A stretch of 64,000 nucleotides of DNA from Planctomycetota bacterium. GTDB taxonomy: Bacteria > Planctomycetota > UBA8108 > SXIK01. Numbering within the stretch: position 1 is the stretch's first letter; each line of letters opens with the position of its first letter. Below, piece by piece: positions 8,723 through 21,676 of this stretch. Below the pieces are notes generated by a model. It made no database searches, was not told the DNA's origin, and saw only the letters and a list, made by a program, of their open reading frames with translations. The position numbers and the translations under genes are program-made. The stretch lies in the NCBI GenBank assembly GCA_965223845.1, contig CBDCXR010000004.1, positions 6,223,857-6,287,856 on the forward strand. Direction: 5' to 3'.

Positions 8723-11700
8723 GCTCGAATTCCTCGAACCGCTTCTTCCACGCTCGCTCCCGCTTCTCGTCTCCTGCGGCCTGGTAGAGCCGCACGAGTC
8801 GGTCGAGCGTCAGCCGCAGCGTCCGCTCGAGCGTACGCGGATCGTCTTTCATGTTGCGGTAGCTTTCGATGAGGAGCGTTCGCGCTTCCTTCAATCGACC
8901 TTGGCCGAGCAGGCTGTCACCGAGAGCGCTTTCGGCGGCCCAGATCTGAATCGCGTTCTCGTCCGCGTTTTGCCTCAAGTATCCTAGGCACTCCTGCAAG
9001 ATCTTTTCGGCCTTCACGTGCTTCTCGTTCCCGACGAGGACGAGTCCGTACATCAAGAGAGCCGACGCGTTCCGCGGCATCTGTTCGGGCCGCGCCGCCG
9101 CGCGGATGATTTCGACGACGCGCTCGATGTGCGGGAGCGCCGCCTCGAAGCGTGCTTCGGACTCGAGGCACGTCGCCATCGCCGCGTGGGCCCGCGCTAT
9201 TCCGGCGCGAGTCGTGCCGATCCGCTCCTGCAGGTCGAACAGCTCCTTGAGGACAGTCTCCGCGCGATCGCATTCACCCGTCCGAACGTAGGCTTCCCCG
9301 AGATTGAGGAGCACGACGAGAATCGAAGGGTTTTCCGCGCCAACGGCTTCCTTCAGATCATCGATCGTTTCCTCGAGGAGCGCCTTGGCCTCCTCCGCGC
9401 GTCCGAGCGCGGTGTAGTTCGCCGCGAGGTTGGTCATCGACTCGAGCGTCCGGGCGTGCTCGGGACCGAGAGTGCGTTTTCGGATTTCGAGTGCCTTGCC
9501 GCTCCACTCGGCGCCTTCGGAGTGGTTTCCCTCGTAAGTGAAGGTCACTCCGAGCGCCGCGTGAACCTCCGCCGTCTGGCTATGATCCGCTCCGTAGATT
9601 TTCTCGTAGGCAGCGAGCGCACGGCGGAGGTTGTCCTTCGCCTTCTCGTAGCGAGCTTGCTGGCTGTGAATGACGCCGACGTTCATTCTCGCCCGTGCGA
9701 CGGGAGGAAAGTCCCCGCCGTAGACCCGTGTGCCGATTTCAATCACCTCCTCGAAGAGCGCGATGGCTTCATCGTGGCGCTCGAGCAACGGAAGAACGGC
9801 CGCCAGATCGTGCATCCCCCGGAGCGTCTTCGCGTGCTCCGGTCCGAGAACGCGGCGGCAAGCGGCGAGAGTCTCGCGAGAGAGCTTCTCCGATTCATCA
9901 ATTCGCCCGCTGTAGTGGAGCGCTCGCGCGCGATCGAAGGAGGCGGTGAGAACCTTCGGATGCTCGGCGCCGAGTTCCTTTCGCAACCGCGGAATGACCT
10001 CCGATGTCACTTTCTCGGATGCGACGAATCGTCCCGCCGCGCCTAAGACGGCGCCGAGGGTCGCGATCGCGGAGAGTGTCACGTCGTGGTCTTCGCCGCC
10101 GAGAAGTGCGGCTAGATCGCGCGTCTCCATGAGGAGGGATTCGGCTTCCTTGAGTCGGCCAAGCCTCGCCGACACCTCCGCCAAGTGGACGGTCATGCGA
10201 AGCGTCGTGAGGTCATCTTCACCGAGAACTCTCTCGCAGACTGCGCGCAGATCTCGAAACGTGGACTCGGCGTCCCGGAACCGCGCCATCTCGGAATACG
10301 TCTCGCCGAGTCCTTCGCGCGCGAGGATGGTCGGCAGAGCGTCGTCGCCGAGGCGCGCCGAACGAACCTCGATCGAACGCTCGAAGCTCGCCTCGGCGAG
10401 TTTGAAGCGACCGAGACCGAGGTGCGCTCGACCGACCGTGTGGCGGAGCGTCGCCTCGATTTCCGGTTCGTCCCGGAGAGCGTCCCAAAGGTCGGCTCGC
10501 GTGTAGTCGTCGAGGAGTTGGCGGACGGTGTAGGTCGGCCCGCGCGCGGTTTCCGGGTCGGCGGCGTGAAACATCTCGTCGATGAGCCCGAAGACGCGAC
10601 GGGCGGTGTCGGCCTCGCGGCGCGCGATCTTCGCGCTCTCTTCGGCTTTCGCCTGGGCGATGCGTGCGTTTTCCTTCTCGGCGCGCTCGCGCCCCTCGGC
10701 CTCCTGTGCCGTTGTCGCTGCGGTTTGCGCGAGATCGCGTTCGTCGGCCGCGACGATGAAACCCCAAATCGCGAGCAGGAGGCCGGTGATGAGCGCCCCG
10801 GCAACGACGCCCGCTCCAGCGACCGCGACGCGATTTCGACGGATGAACTTCTTCACCCGATACGCCGTCGAGGGCGGTCCCGCCGCGACGGGTTCGTGTT
10901 CGAGAAACCGTCCGATGTCGAGCGCGAAGGCCGCGGCGCTCTCGTACCGGCGCGACCGGTCCTTCTCGAGCGCCTTCATGATGATCCAGTCGAGATCGCC
11001 GCGGAGTAGTCGTCCGAGCTCGCGGGCGTCGACTTGGCGCGAACCGGCGACCACCGTTCGGCTCTCGTCGTCCATCGAACTCACCCGCGTCGACGGCTTC
11101 GGCGGCGTTTCCTCGCGAATGACTCGCTGGACCTCCTTGTAGCCTCGCTCGAAGAGTTCCTTCGTGTCGAACGGAGTCGTGCCCGTGAGCAACTCGTAGA
11201 GGAGGACTCCGAGCGAATAGATGTCGCTCCGCGTATCGATGTCGAGACTCGACATCTCGGCTTGCTCGGGACTCATGTACGCGGGCGTGCCGACCATCGC
11301 GTGAAAGCGCGTGAAGAAGGTCTTTTCGGTGAGCTTCTGGTGCGTCGCCTTCGCGATGCCGAAATCGATGATTTTCGGCACGGCGCGGCCGTCGTTGACC
11401 GTGACAAGGACGTTCGACGGCTTGAGATCGCGGTGGATGATCCCTTTTTGGTGCGCGTGCTGAACCGCGTCGCAGACCGGGATGAACAGCTCGAGACGCT
11501 CCCGCGGAGAGAGGTTGTTCGCGTCGCAATATTCAGAGATCGCCACGCCACGGACGAGCTCCATCACGAAGTAGGGACGACCCTCGCGCGTCGAACCCGC
11601 GTCGAGCACCCGGGCGATGTTGGGATGCTCCATCATCGCGAGCGCTTGTCGCTCGGCCTCGAACCGAGCGATCACCTCGCGCGTGTCCATGCCGAGCTTG

Positions 11701-12134
11701 ATCACCTTGACGGCGACGCGCCGGCGCACGGGCGCTTCTTGCTCGGCCATCCACACCGACCCGAATCCGCCTTCGCCGAGCTTCTGAAGAAGCTTGTAGG
11801 GGCCGATGCGAGAACTACGGGACGGATCGAAATCCGCCGACGCTTCGATCTCGCCCCCCGTCGAATCCGGCTCGGGCGCGACCGTTCCCCGCTCGACCGG
11901 AAGGGTGGGACCCGCGTCCGCTGCGGCGGCGACTCGCTGAGGTGTCTCCGAGGCGTCCGTCGCGAGAAATGAATCGGCGGCCGCGTGTGCAGCGAGGAGG
12001 CGTTCGATCTGCGCTTTGATCGCGTCGTCGTCTCCGCAAGCTTCGGCGAGAAACGATGCGCGCTTCTCTTCGGGAAGCCGTACGGCGTTCTCGAAGATCC
12101 GCTGCAACCGACTGCGCCCGTCGCGATCCGCCAT
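8691..12134 (-). CDS. Ser/Thr protein kinase with a transmembrane segment, coiled coil and a long TPR-repeat domain
   Basis: Kinase motifs: [14 protein letters not shown] (glycine loop), [37 protein letters not shown] helix ([28 protein letters not shown]) is followed by ~600 aa of TPR-like repeats. Confidence 0.9.
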   Translation of the reverse strand: MADRDGRSRLQRIFENAVRLPEEKRASFLAEACGDDDAIKAQIERLLAAHAAADSFLATDASETPQRVAAAADAGPTLPVERGTVAPEPDSTGGEIEASADFDPSRSSRIGPYKLLQKLGEGGFGSVWMAEQEAPVRRRVAVKVIKLGMDTREVIARFEAERQALAMMEHPNIARVLDAGSTREGRPYFVMELVRGVAISEYCDANNLSPRERLELFIPVCDAVQHAHQKGIIHRDLKPSNVLVTVNDGRAVPKIIDFGIAKATHQKLTEKTFFTRFHAMVGTPAYMSPEQAEMSSLDIDTRSDIYSLGVLLYELLTGTTPFDTKELFERGYKEVQRVIREETPPKPSTRVSSMDDESRTVVAGSRQVDARELGRLLRGDLDWIIMKALEKDRSRRYESAAAFALDIGRFLEHEPVAAGPPSTAYRVKKFIRRNRVAVAGAGVVAGALITGLLLAIWGFIVAADERDLAQTAATTAQEAEGRERAEKENARIAQAKAEESAKIARREADTARRVFGLIDEMFHAADPETARGPTYTVRQLLDDYTRADLWDALRDEPEIEATLRHTVGRAHLGLGRFKLAEASFERSIEVRSARLGDDALPTILAREGLGETYSEMARFRDAESTFRDLRAVCERVLGEDDLTTLRMTVHLAEVSARLGRLKEAESLLMETRDLAALLGGEDHDVTLSAIATLGAVLGAAGRFVASEKVTSEVIPRLRKELGAEHPKVLTASFDRARALHYSGRIDESEKLSRETLAACRRVLGPEHAKTLRGMHDLAAVLPLLERHDEAIALFEEVIEIGTRVYGGDFPPVARARMNVGVIHSQQARYEKAKDNLRRALAAYEKIYGADHSQTAEVHAALGVTFTYEGNHSEGAEWSGKALEIRKRTLGPEHARTLESMTNLAANYTALGRAEEAKALLEETIDDLKEAVGAENPSILVVLLNLGEAYVRTGECDRAETVLKELFDLQERIGTTRAGIARAHAAMATCLESEARFEAALPHIERVVEIIRAAARPEQMPRNASALLMYGLVLVGNEKHVKAEKILQECLGYLRQNADENAIQIWAAESALGDSLLGQGRLKEARTLLIESYRNMKDDPRTLERTLRLTLDRLVRLYQAAGDEKRERAWKKRFEEFERERASTTESR

Positions 12135-12351
12135 CTCCGTCGTCCAAGTCCGGGTGATTCACGAGCTGTGTCTCGAGCCGATCATCGTAACCGGTTTGGG
12201 CGGAGGAGTCCGCCGTGCGGGATTTCCTCCGCATGCCGGGTCCGGTTGACTTGGTCGACGTTGGCCTACCGTTGGTCGTGCGTTCGGCGCAGGCGCGTAG
12301 TATGACTAAGATGCTCGACCCTGCGGACCTGGGGAGGCAGACGAGACCGAA

Positions 12352-15042
12352 ATGTACAAATGGCGCCAACGAATCGCGGCCGCGATCCTCGCCCTTCCGG
12401 CGTGCACGTTCGTTGGTTTTCTCGTGTACCGCCACGTCCGCGAACGCGTCGAGCTCGCGCGCGTTGTGAACGGCGATCGGGCGCGGAGTGAGGCTGCTGC
12501 GGCTTGGCTCGCGGAGACCAAGATTCCGGGTGCAGTCGAGGCTTTGCTCGCGCGAGGGAAGGCGGATATCGAGCGCACGATTTCCGAGCTGGGTCTCGGA
12601 GACCAGCCCTGGACGGGGCCGGATCTCGCGCCAGCCTACATTAACCGCGCGCTCGATTCGCTCCTCTGGCCTCCCTACGACCCTCTGGTTGCTGAGCTTC
12701 TCGCTGACTCGGAGCCTCGGGTCCGTGCGTGGGCGGCGAAAGTGCTCGGACGTCAGTCCTCGCGAAGTGAGGGCGCGCTGGTAGCGCTCGCTCGTGCGAC
12801 TCGAGACGAAGATTTCGAGACAGCTCGCTGGGCTAGCGAGGCGCTTCTCCGCGAGGGTCGGCGCGCCGCGAAGTTCCTCGTGGACGCGATCCCTATCGAG
12901 GACGCCCCAGTCACGGCACGGGACAACTTGACATGGGAGGAGTTCCTCGATCGAAGCTGGACTTATAAAGCGATTGTTCGATTGGGACCGAACGCCAAAG
13001 CGGTTCGCCATCGATTCCGCGAACGCATCGAGAGAATCGAGTCACGACTTACCGACACCGACCGCCGCGCGCACCGATCGCGCTACCTGGCGACGGGGTT
13101 TCACGCTCTCCTGATCCCCCTCAGCGACGAGATGGAGGCGGAGTTTATACGTCCATTGGAACGATCGCTCGCGCCCACGCCGACGCTCGGCGGCGGCAGA
13201 GGTCGACCGGAAACCGCGCGCTTCATCTCTCGTTTGCTAGACGCAATGGCCATGGCCTCGCAGGCCGTAGGTGAGACCCTGGACGCGCGCGTCTTCCGAC
13301 GAATTGCGCTCGGCCTCGAGGAGCGGCGGTCACGGATACCGATCGAGGAGCGTCACTTGGCTGTGAAACTGGAACCATTGAGAGACTCGGATCGGGAACG
13401 CCGAGTCGAAAGTTTCCTCTTCGCCCTCGATCGACTCGGCCCGAGGGCGGAATCCGCGATTCCGCGTGTCGTGAAGCTCGCGGATTCCGCCGCCGATTCG
13501 TGGTTCATTTTCCGAGAGGTTTTGAGGCCCGGGGCAAACGTATCGCGACCAGAGATTAGCGCCGCGGTCGCCGTTCCCCTCTTGCTCGAGTCCGGACTCG
13601 ATCGATTGGTGTCTCTGCAACAGCTTTCCCGGTATCCCGAGTACGCGTCCGAAATCGTGCCGGCGATCGAGCAGGACTTGATGGCCGATTCGCGCGAGAT
13701 TCGCTGCGAAGCGGCGCGCACATTGCGGGCGATGGGTGAGCTCGGAAGACGAACGACGGACGCCACGATCGCACGGTTCGGAAAGGAGAACCGCGTTTGG
13801 CTCGCTGAGGTGCTGTCGTATCTCGACCCAACCGATCCCCGAATGGCGGAGTACGTCGTTTCCGAACTCTCGCGGCCATCGGGCGAGCCTCGTCTAGAGA
13901 TTCTCCGACGAGTGGGCGCGGTCGAGTCGGCGATCGAAACTGTGCGTCCGAAGCTTCGGGCATGGCTCGGCCATGGGGATTCCGCCGTACGGCTGTGGGC
14001 CGCGGCCGCATTCTGCCTCCAGGATCCGGATACGACCGAGGCGATGCGAGCGCTCGAGGCTGCGTGCACAGATCAGGCGCTGGTGACGGAAGACCGCGAA
14101 ACACCGGAGCTGTTTCGGACGCTCGAGGAGTGCGGAGAACGAGGACTCGACGTCCTCGCGAGATTGTTCGAGAGTAGCCCGAAACGCCTGCATGAGGCTG
14201 CGTTCGAGAGTCTCCACCGAATGAATCCCGGCGAAGAGTCTCTTCCCGTACTCCGGCGGATGCTCGGCAACAGGAGCACGGAACTGCTTGCCGTCGCGCT
14301 CCACTTGACGGGGAAACTGGGCGTGAAGGCTCGGTCTCTACGCTCCACCGTCGAGGAGTTGACCGAGCATTCCCTCGTCGAGCTTCGAGAGCTCGCGTTC
14401 AGCACGCTCGGCAAGATCGCGCCGAACGCGGTGCTCCCCCGGCCGGCCGACCTCGAGCCGATCGAAAAACTCCTCGCGGCGCTGGAGACCGGCACCCCCA
14501 GTGAACGGCGCGACGCGCTGCTCACGCTCGCGTGGAACGACCAAGATGATCCGCGAACGCTCGACGCTCTTCTCGCCGGAATTCGCGATCCGTCCCTCGC
14601 GTACTCGTCATCGCGAGGACTCGTCGGGTTGGGCGCTCGATCGGTGGACGGGTTGATGCCACTTCTCGAGCACCCGTCCGAGGAGACGCGATCATGGGTG
14701 GCGTACACTCTCGGGCGAATCGGCATCGAAGCGAGCGCGTCGATTCCCGCGCTCGTTCGAGCTGCGCGGGACGAAGATTGGGTGACTCGCGCGAATGCGA
14801 TTCAGGCGCTCGGGCGCGTGGGTCGCGGGGACGAACGCGCCCGTGACGCTGTTCTCCGAGGATTGCTCGATCTCGAAGGAGACCTTCGCTGGTACGCGAT
14901 AGAGGCGAAGGCTCGGCTCCAATCTGACGAACCGATCCCAAGAGACGAGACCGACTGGCTCGATATCTTTAGTCGTTTCTATCCCTACTACGGTTCCCGG
15001 CGCGGGCGGTGCGACCACCGTACGTTTTGTACACGTGGATGA
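12352..15042 (+). CDS. Membrane-anchored HEAT/PBS-lyase-like repeat protein
   Basis: N-terminal TM segment (IAAAILALPACTFVGFLVY). Many HEAT-like repeats: PRVRAWAAKVLGR, SAVRLWAAAAFCL, EETRSWVAYTLGRIG, DWVTRANAIQALGRVG. It is transcribed divergently from the kinase gene. Confidence 0.6.
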   Translation: MYKWRQRIAAAILALPACTFVGFLVYRHVRERVELARVVNGDRARSEAAAAWLAETKIPGAVEALLARGKADIERTISELGLGDQPWTGPDLAPAYINRALDSLLWPPYDPLVAELLADSEPRVRAWAAKVLGRQSSRSEGALVALARATRDEDFETARWASEALLREGRRAAKFLVDAIPIEDAPVTARDNLTWEEFLDRSWTYKAIVRLGPNAKAVRHRFRERIERIESRLTDTDRRAHRSRYLATGFHALLIPLSDEMEAEFIRPLERSLAPTPTLGGGRGRPETARFISRLLDAMAMASQAVGETLDARVFRRIALGLEERRSRIPIEERHLAVKLEPLRDSDRERRVESFLFALDRLGPRAESAIPRVVKLADSAADSWFIFREVLRPGANVSRPEISAAVAVPLLLESGLDRLVSLQQLSRYPEYASEIVPAIEQDLMADSREIRCEAARTLRAMGELGRRTTDATIARFGKENRVWLAEVLSYLDPTDPRMAEYVVSELSRPSGEPRLEILRRVGAVESAIETVRPKLRAWLGHGDSAVRLWAAAAFCLQDPDTTEAMRALEAACTDQALVTEDRETPELFRTLEECGERGLDVLARLFESSPKRLHEAAFESLHRMNPGEESLPVLRRMLGNRSTELLAVALHLTGKLGVKARSLRSTVEELTEHSLVELRELAFSTLGKIAPNAVLPRPADLEPIEKLLAALETGTPSERRDALLTLAWNDQDDPRTLDALLAGIRDPSLAYSSSRGLVGLGARSVDGLMPLLEHPSEETRSWVAYTLGRIGIEASASIPALVRAARDEDWVTRANAIQALGRVGRGDERARDAVLRGLLDLEGDLRWYAIEAKARLQSDEPIPRDETDWLDIFSRFYPYYGSRRGRCDHRTFCTRG

Positions 15043-15107
15043 TGCGGCGACGACGGACGACCCAAACTCGCGGTCGGTAAGCGTCTGGGAGTCGGGCTGC
15101 CCCTCGT

Positions 15108-15704
15108 TTGAGGTCGTGGCGCGACTCACTCCCGAAGAAAGAAGGGCTTGGCGTGTTCGAGCGGCTGTTCCGGAGGCGGCCTTGGAGTCTCGTCGATCCC
15201 GATTGGGATCTGGAGATCGTCGAGTTTGCGATGGAGATGGAGGAGACGTTTGAGATCTCAATTCCAGACGAGCAGGCCGAGAGGATCCGCACGATCGGGG
15301 ACTTGAAAACGTATTTGACTGCGAACTGCTGGTCGCAGCCCGCGAGTTCCTGCGCGACTCAGGCTGCGTTCTGCCGCTTGAGATCTCGAGCCTGCAGTGT
15401 GCTCGGAGTGTCGAAGACCGCCGTGGTTCCACGGACGCGATGGCTCGTGCTCCTGCCTCCCGACGACACGTTTCGCCTCTGGTCGCAGATCGCTCGCGAA
15501 GCCGGAGTTCCGCCTCCGACCGTAAGGGACCCACGTCGAGGGCGCGACGGGTTGCCGCTGAATCGAACCACCGTTGGCGAGGTTGCGAAATTGCTCGCCG
15601 CGCTGGCCCCGCGGGTAGATGACATCTCAGCGCGGATAGATCGACTGGTAATGAACTTTTTCGACGTGACGGATTTTACGGACGAAGTGGGCTGGTGCGG
15701 CTGA
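15108..15704 (+). CDS. Hypothetical protein whose N-terminal region resembles an acyl-carrier-protein helix II-III but lacks the phosphopantetheine Ser
   Basis: LVDPDWDLEIVEFAMEMEETFEISIPDEQAERIRTIGDLKTYL aligns with ACP ...[33 protein letters not shown]..., with Asp in the Ser position. The C-terminal half is unrecognised. The start was not refined. Confidence 0.35.
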   Translation: MRSWRDSLPKKEGLGVFERLFRRRPWSLVDPDWDLEIVEFAMEMEETFEISIPDEQAERIRTIGDLKTYLTANCWSQPASSCATQAAFCRLRSRACSVLGVSKTAVVPRTRWLVLLPPDDTFRLWSQIAREAGVPPPTVRDPRRGRDGLPLNRTTVGEVAKLLAALAPRVDDISARIDRLVMNFFDVTDFTDEVGWCG

Positions 15705-15870
15705 GAGTTGAGCGTCGCGAGTCTCTTCTCTCGCGATCTCGCGCGTCCTCTGTGATGCGCGCTTCGTTCGCGGTTTCGCGCGGTCACGCGTCAGCTTTGG
15801 ATGCCCGGGCCACGATCCATTCGCGCGCCGAGCGTCGCGTCAACGCCGACGCTCGGCGCGTTCCAAGAAG

Positions 15871-16704
15871 CTACGGAGCGTGAACGTTCCAAGCCGGTGG
15901 CCACGGATCCGTGAGGGCGCCGTCCACGATATCGACCATCGCGACGGTCGGCGGAAGTGCTCCGAGATCGTTGTCCCCCGGGAGCGGCGGGAACGTGATC
16001 GCGGCCGACGGAACGCCGGGAGGAAGTTGCACCTTGAGAAGAAGGCGCGGCGCGAGGCCGAGGCTCGCCGCGGTACGCGACGGATGATTGTCCGACCAGA
16101 TCGATTTCTGAACGTTTAGCTCCGTCGGCGGGATGTACAGCACGAATCCTTCGTACGGCTCCGCGATTTCCGTCGTGATGTCTCGGGTACCGCACCAAGC
16201 CTGACTGCGGTACTTGATCGCGAAATCGCTGCCCCCCTGCGCGTGCGTCGAAGTCGGATCGCCCGTCAACGTGCACGGATTCCACGGGTCCGTGAGACGC
16301 TTCACGTGGACGTCGATGTCGTCGCTCGTCCCATCTCCCCGCGACGCGGGATTGAAGACGTTGAGACGCGCTTCCAAGATCTGCGAACCGGCCGGCAGAT
16401 TCGGCAGCACGAAATCGATGTAAGCGCAGCGAAGGGTGGACGGATTGACGACCCAACCGAAGTTGAGCTCGATGTCGCAGCCGTGCGTTCCAACGCCCGT
16501 TCCCGCGACCGTTTCAGCCCACGTGTCCTTGTAATCGGCCACCCAGAGAAACACGACACCGGTTCCGGATCCGCTGATGGTCCCCGTCAGGGCGACGCTT
16601 TGACAGCAGACGCGACATCCGGACGCGCTAAGCGCGAACAGGACCGTGACCGCGAGAGCGGGCGCGACGAGACGACGCGCGCGCTTTCGATGAGAGAACC
16701 GCAT
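15871..16704 (-). CDS. Secreted hypothetical protein
   Basis: Start set at MRFSHRKRARRLVAPALAVTVLFALSASGC (signal peptide). The mature part is Gly/Thr/Pro-rich with several Cys. No domain recognised. Confidence 0.45.
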   Translation of the reverse strand: MRFSHRKRARRLVAPALAVTVLFALSASGCRVCCQSVALTGTISGSGTGVVFLWVADYKDTWAETVAGTGVGTHGCDIELNFGWVVNPSTLRCAYIDFVLPNLPAGSQILEARLNVFNPASRGDGTSDDIDVHVKRLTDPWNPCTLTGDPTSTHAQGGSDFAIKYRSQAWCGTRDITTEIAEPYEGFVLYIPPTELNVQKSIWSDNHPSRTAASLGLAPRLLLKVQLPPGVPSAAITFPPLPGDNDLGALPPTVAMVDIVDGALTDPWPPAWNVHAP

Positions 16705-17034
16705 AACTGACCCCCTTTCTTCGGGAGAACCAACCACAACTAGAGAATTACGATTCACCTGAATGCTCGTACGCTAAGGGAGCGGCCGAGTTGCCGTCAA
16801 GCTGGGAATCCGACCCTGCCGCTCACGTGCCGCGATGCTCGCGAAGCCGACGCGCCCGGACCGATCCCGAGAACGGGGTTCGAGACCACGCCAAAACGCC
16901 GAGCGGTGATCGGAGACGAAAGGTCCGTGCGCGAGACGTTCCGCCGGCGCGGACGGAGATTCCGCCGACCGGTTCGATCACGGGAGTCGTTCCGCCGAGC
17001 TGCCAGCCCCTGATCACGGAAGCATGGGGCCGAT

Positions 17035-17907
17035 CTAAGGCAGCCCGATTCCCCCCGGAAGCATCACGCCCTCGAGTCCCGGCGTTTCCCCCGCGTACTC
17101 GTTCGCTGCCGTGATCAGCGCGTCCCAGCCGCCCGGGTCGCTCGCGCCGATCGCAACCGGCGAGCCGTCCACGTCCACCTCGATCGGATCGCCGTTCGCA
17201 TCGAGTCCGTCGAGCATCCCGTCGGCGAAATCGGTCGCGACGGCTTCGACGACGTCGAAGCGATGAGCGTCTTCGACCGCGTCGTACGCCGCGTCGCGTT
17301 CGATGAGCCGGGAGAGGCCTCCGACGAGCGCGGCGTACTGTTTCTCTTCCATCGTTCCACTAGCCTTGAAGCGCGGAGTGGTCGTCGTGAGATCGAAGCC
17401 GAACGCGGTCTCGAAATCGGCGACGGCGTCCGTGATCGCCGTCTCGAGATCTTCGTCTTGGCTCACGCGGTGACGCACGTTGACGAGGATCGCGTGCGTG
17501 AACGGCGTCACGGTCGCGACCGCTCCGAGCGAAAGATCGACGAGCCCGGTGAGCTCCTGACCAAACCCGAGCTCGACTTTCTCGCCCGTGTCCTCATCGA
17601 CGTAGCTGCCGCGGCGCGCCGTCGCGATGAAGCGTCCCGCGGTCCTCGGAACGAGTCCCGCCCACTCGCCCTTCGATGTCGAGAACGGTCCCGCGATCGC
17701 TCCCCCGCGATCGCCGTCGGCGAGAATGACGTGGATGCGAACCTCACCGCCCGAATGCGGTCCCTTGATGACGGAGCCGGAGACGCCCGTGTCTTCCGTG
17801 CCGTTTCCGCCGCCGCCGCCTTCGCACGCGACGGCGAGAATGCTCGCGCACGCGGCGAGGAACGTTCGCACTCGACGAGAATTCGCTCGGGGAGATGGTT
17901 CGGCCAT
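17035..17907 (-). CDS. Hypothetical lipoprotein
   Basis: Start set at MAEPSPRANSRRVRTFLAACASILAVACEGGGG (lipobox LAVAC). No domain recognised. Confidence 0.45.
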   Translation of the reverse strand: MAEPSPRANSRRVRTFLAACASILAVACEGGGGGNGTEDTGVSGSVIKGPHSGGEVRIHVILADGDRGGAIAGPFSTSKGEWAGLVPRTAGRFIATARRGSYVDEDTGEKVELGFGQELTGLVDLSLGAVATVTPFTHAILVNVRHRVSQDEDLETAITDAVADFETAFGFDLTTTTPRFKASGTMEEKQYAALVGGLSRLIERDAAYDAVEDAHRFDVVEAVATDFADGMLDGLDANGDPIEVDVDGSPVAIGASDPGGWDALITAANEYAGETPGLEGVMLPGGIGLP

Positions 17908-18026
17908 GACGGTGGTCCTCGAAGCGGCGTCCACCCTCTCTTCCTCTCGAAGGAAATCCTAACACTCGGGATCTGGGCGAGCTTCTAAAAACCTCGGGCG
18001 GGTGCCGGGACGGAAGAAGGAGGATT

Positions 18027-20095
<2,069 letters not shown>

Positions 20096-20099
<4 letters not shown>

Positions 20100-21676
20100 T
20101 GGTTCCCCCCGCGAGCGAACCGCTCGATGCGCAGCGATCGCTCGAATCGAAGAACGGCCTCGCGACCGGCTCGGCCGTCGAGATCGACGAGTCGCACTTC
20201 TTTCGGGTTCCCGATCCGAACTGCGAATTCACGCTCCTCCTCGTACCGCACGCCGCCGCCGAGGGCTCGGTGGAGTCGAAGCTGACCACCGCGGTCGACG
20301 AACAGTACGTCGGCGAGTCCATCCCCGGTCAGGTCCTCGCCCGCGTAAATCGAAGGCCGCGGCTCTTCGCGCGCGAGCCCGGCCGTGCGCAAACGAAAGC
20401 GCTCGCGTCCTGCCGGTCGCTTCGCGAACGGAGCGGGTCCCGGCGTCGACGGATAGACTTCGTAGCTGATCTCGAGCTCGTCGACGGTTTCCTCGCGAAG
20501 CTGATCGAGAAGATCGATGCGATACGAAGCGACGAGCAGGTCGGCGTGACCGTCTCCATCGACGTCGCCGAGCGCCGGGCGACGGAGGATGCCGCTCATT
20601 CGAAGCACCTGCCTCGGCGTCTGAAAGCTAGCGACGAGCGCGTCGGGATTTTGGACGAAGATGCGCACCTCCGCGCTCAGCTCGGAGACGAGGACGCGAG
20701 TCACCACGGCATCGAGTCGCCCGTCGCGCGTGACGTCCGCGAGAATGACGCTCGAGGCTTTGTCCGCCCACGGGAACGCGAGCGGCACGTCCGGCGAAGT
20801 CGGGAGCTCGCCGGATTCGCGCTGGAGAAAGACCGACACGCGATTCCCGAGCTGCTTCGCGATCACGTCGAGCCTGCCGTCGCCGTCGAAGTCGCGAAGC
20901 ACCGGGAGCGGAAACGCCGCGGAAGACTCGAGGAGGTCCGGCGTCTCGGCGGTCGGCTCGGCGAATGCGATGAGGTCGTTCTGAAGCACGATGCGGCCGC
21001 TGTCGACGAGCAGGTAATACTGAAGAGGGAGCGCGGTCTCGCTCCCCCAGCTGCCGTCGCCGCCTGCCGCGCTCACGCGTTTCGTCAGAACGCGGAGACC
21101 GCGCTTCTCGGGGAAGAGAAAGTCGTCGCGACCGTCGGCATCGAGATCGACACCACCGCCCGGCCAGAACGGGAGCGCAATCGGGCTCGGAACGTGGAAG
21201 AAAAAGTCGCCGCGAAGAAGTCGTGCGCCGCGAGCCGCGCCCGTTTCCCGGTAGCGGTACTCGATCGCGCTCGAGCGCGAGATGAGGACGAGCTCGAGAC
21301 CCGGCGCGGGTGAATAGTCGCCGAGGGTGAACATCACCGCCTGCGGGTCGACCGCGATCGTACGGCTCGGCGTCCGCGCGTACGACCCGTTTGCCGCGCG
21401 AAAGAGGGCGAGCCAGCGCTGCCCTCCTTCGTGGTACGAGACCCAGAGCTCGCGGGTGGCGTCGCCGTCGCCCGCGCTGTCGATGTCGCGCGCGACGAAG
21501 CCCGTGATCGATCCTTCGACGAAGATCTCCTCGGCCGAGGTGAGACTCGCGCCGATCGCGATCGCCGCGAGAACAGCCGCCGTGGGCGCAGCTCGAGCTC
21601 GCTTCGCGGGAAAACGCGGCGCAGCAGCTTCGTTCGCTCGCCTCACCGATCGGTCACTCCACGTCCCGCATTTCAT
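20096..21676 (-). CDS. Secreted FG-GAP-repeat protein
   Basis: DLDADGRDDFLF, DFDGDGRLDVIA, DVTRDGRLDAVV, DVDGDGHADLLVA, DLTGDGLADVLFV. The N-terminal PTAAVLAAIAIGASLTSA looks like a signal peptide. It is translationally coupled to the downstream FG-GAP gene. Confidence 0.7.

Noticed and set aside
9018-12000. Numerous ORFs inside or antisense to the kinase gene (e.g. 10219..11529, 11815..13011, 10185..11009, 11034..11972)
   Set aside because: Arg-rich, motif-free and overlapping a 1147-aa gene with unambiguous kinase and TPR signatures on the other frame.
16860-16900. tRNA-like T-loop motif (acggggttcgagaccacgcc)
   Set aside because: No complementary T-stem, acceptor stem or anticodon arm can be built around it. 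It lies in an intergenic GC-rich stretch.
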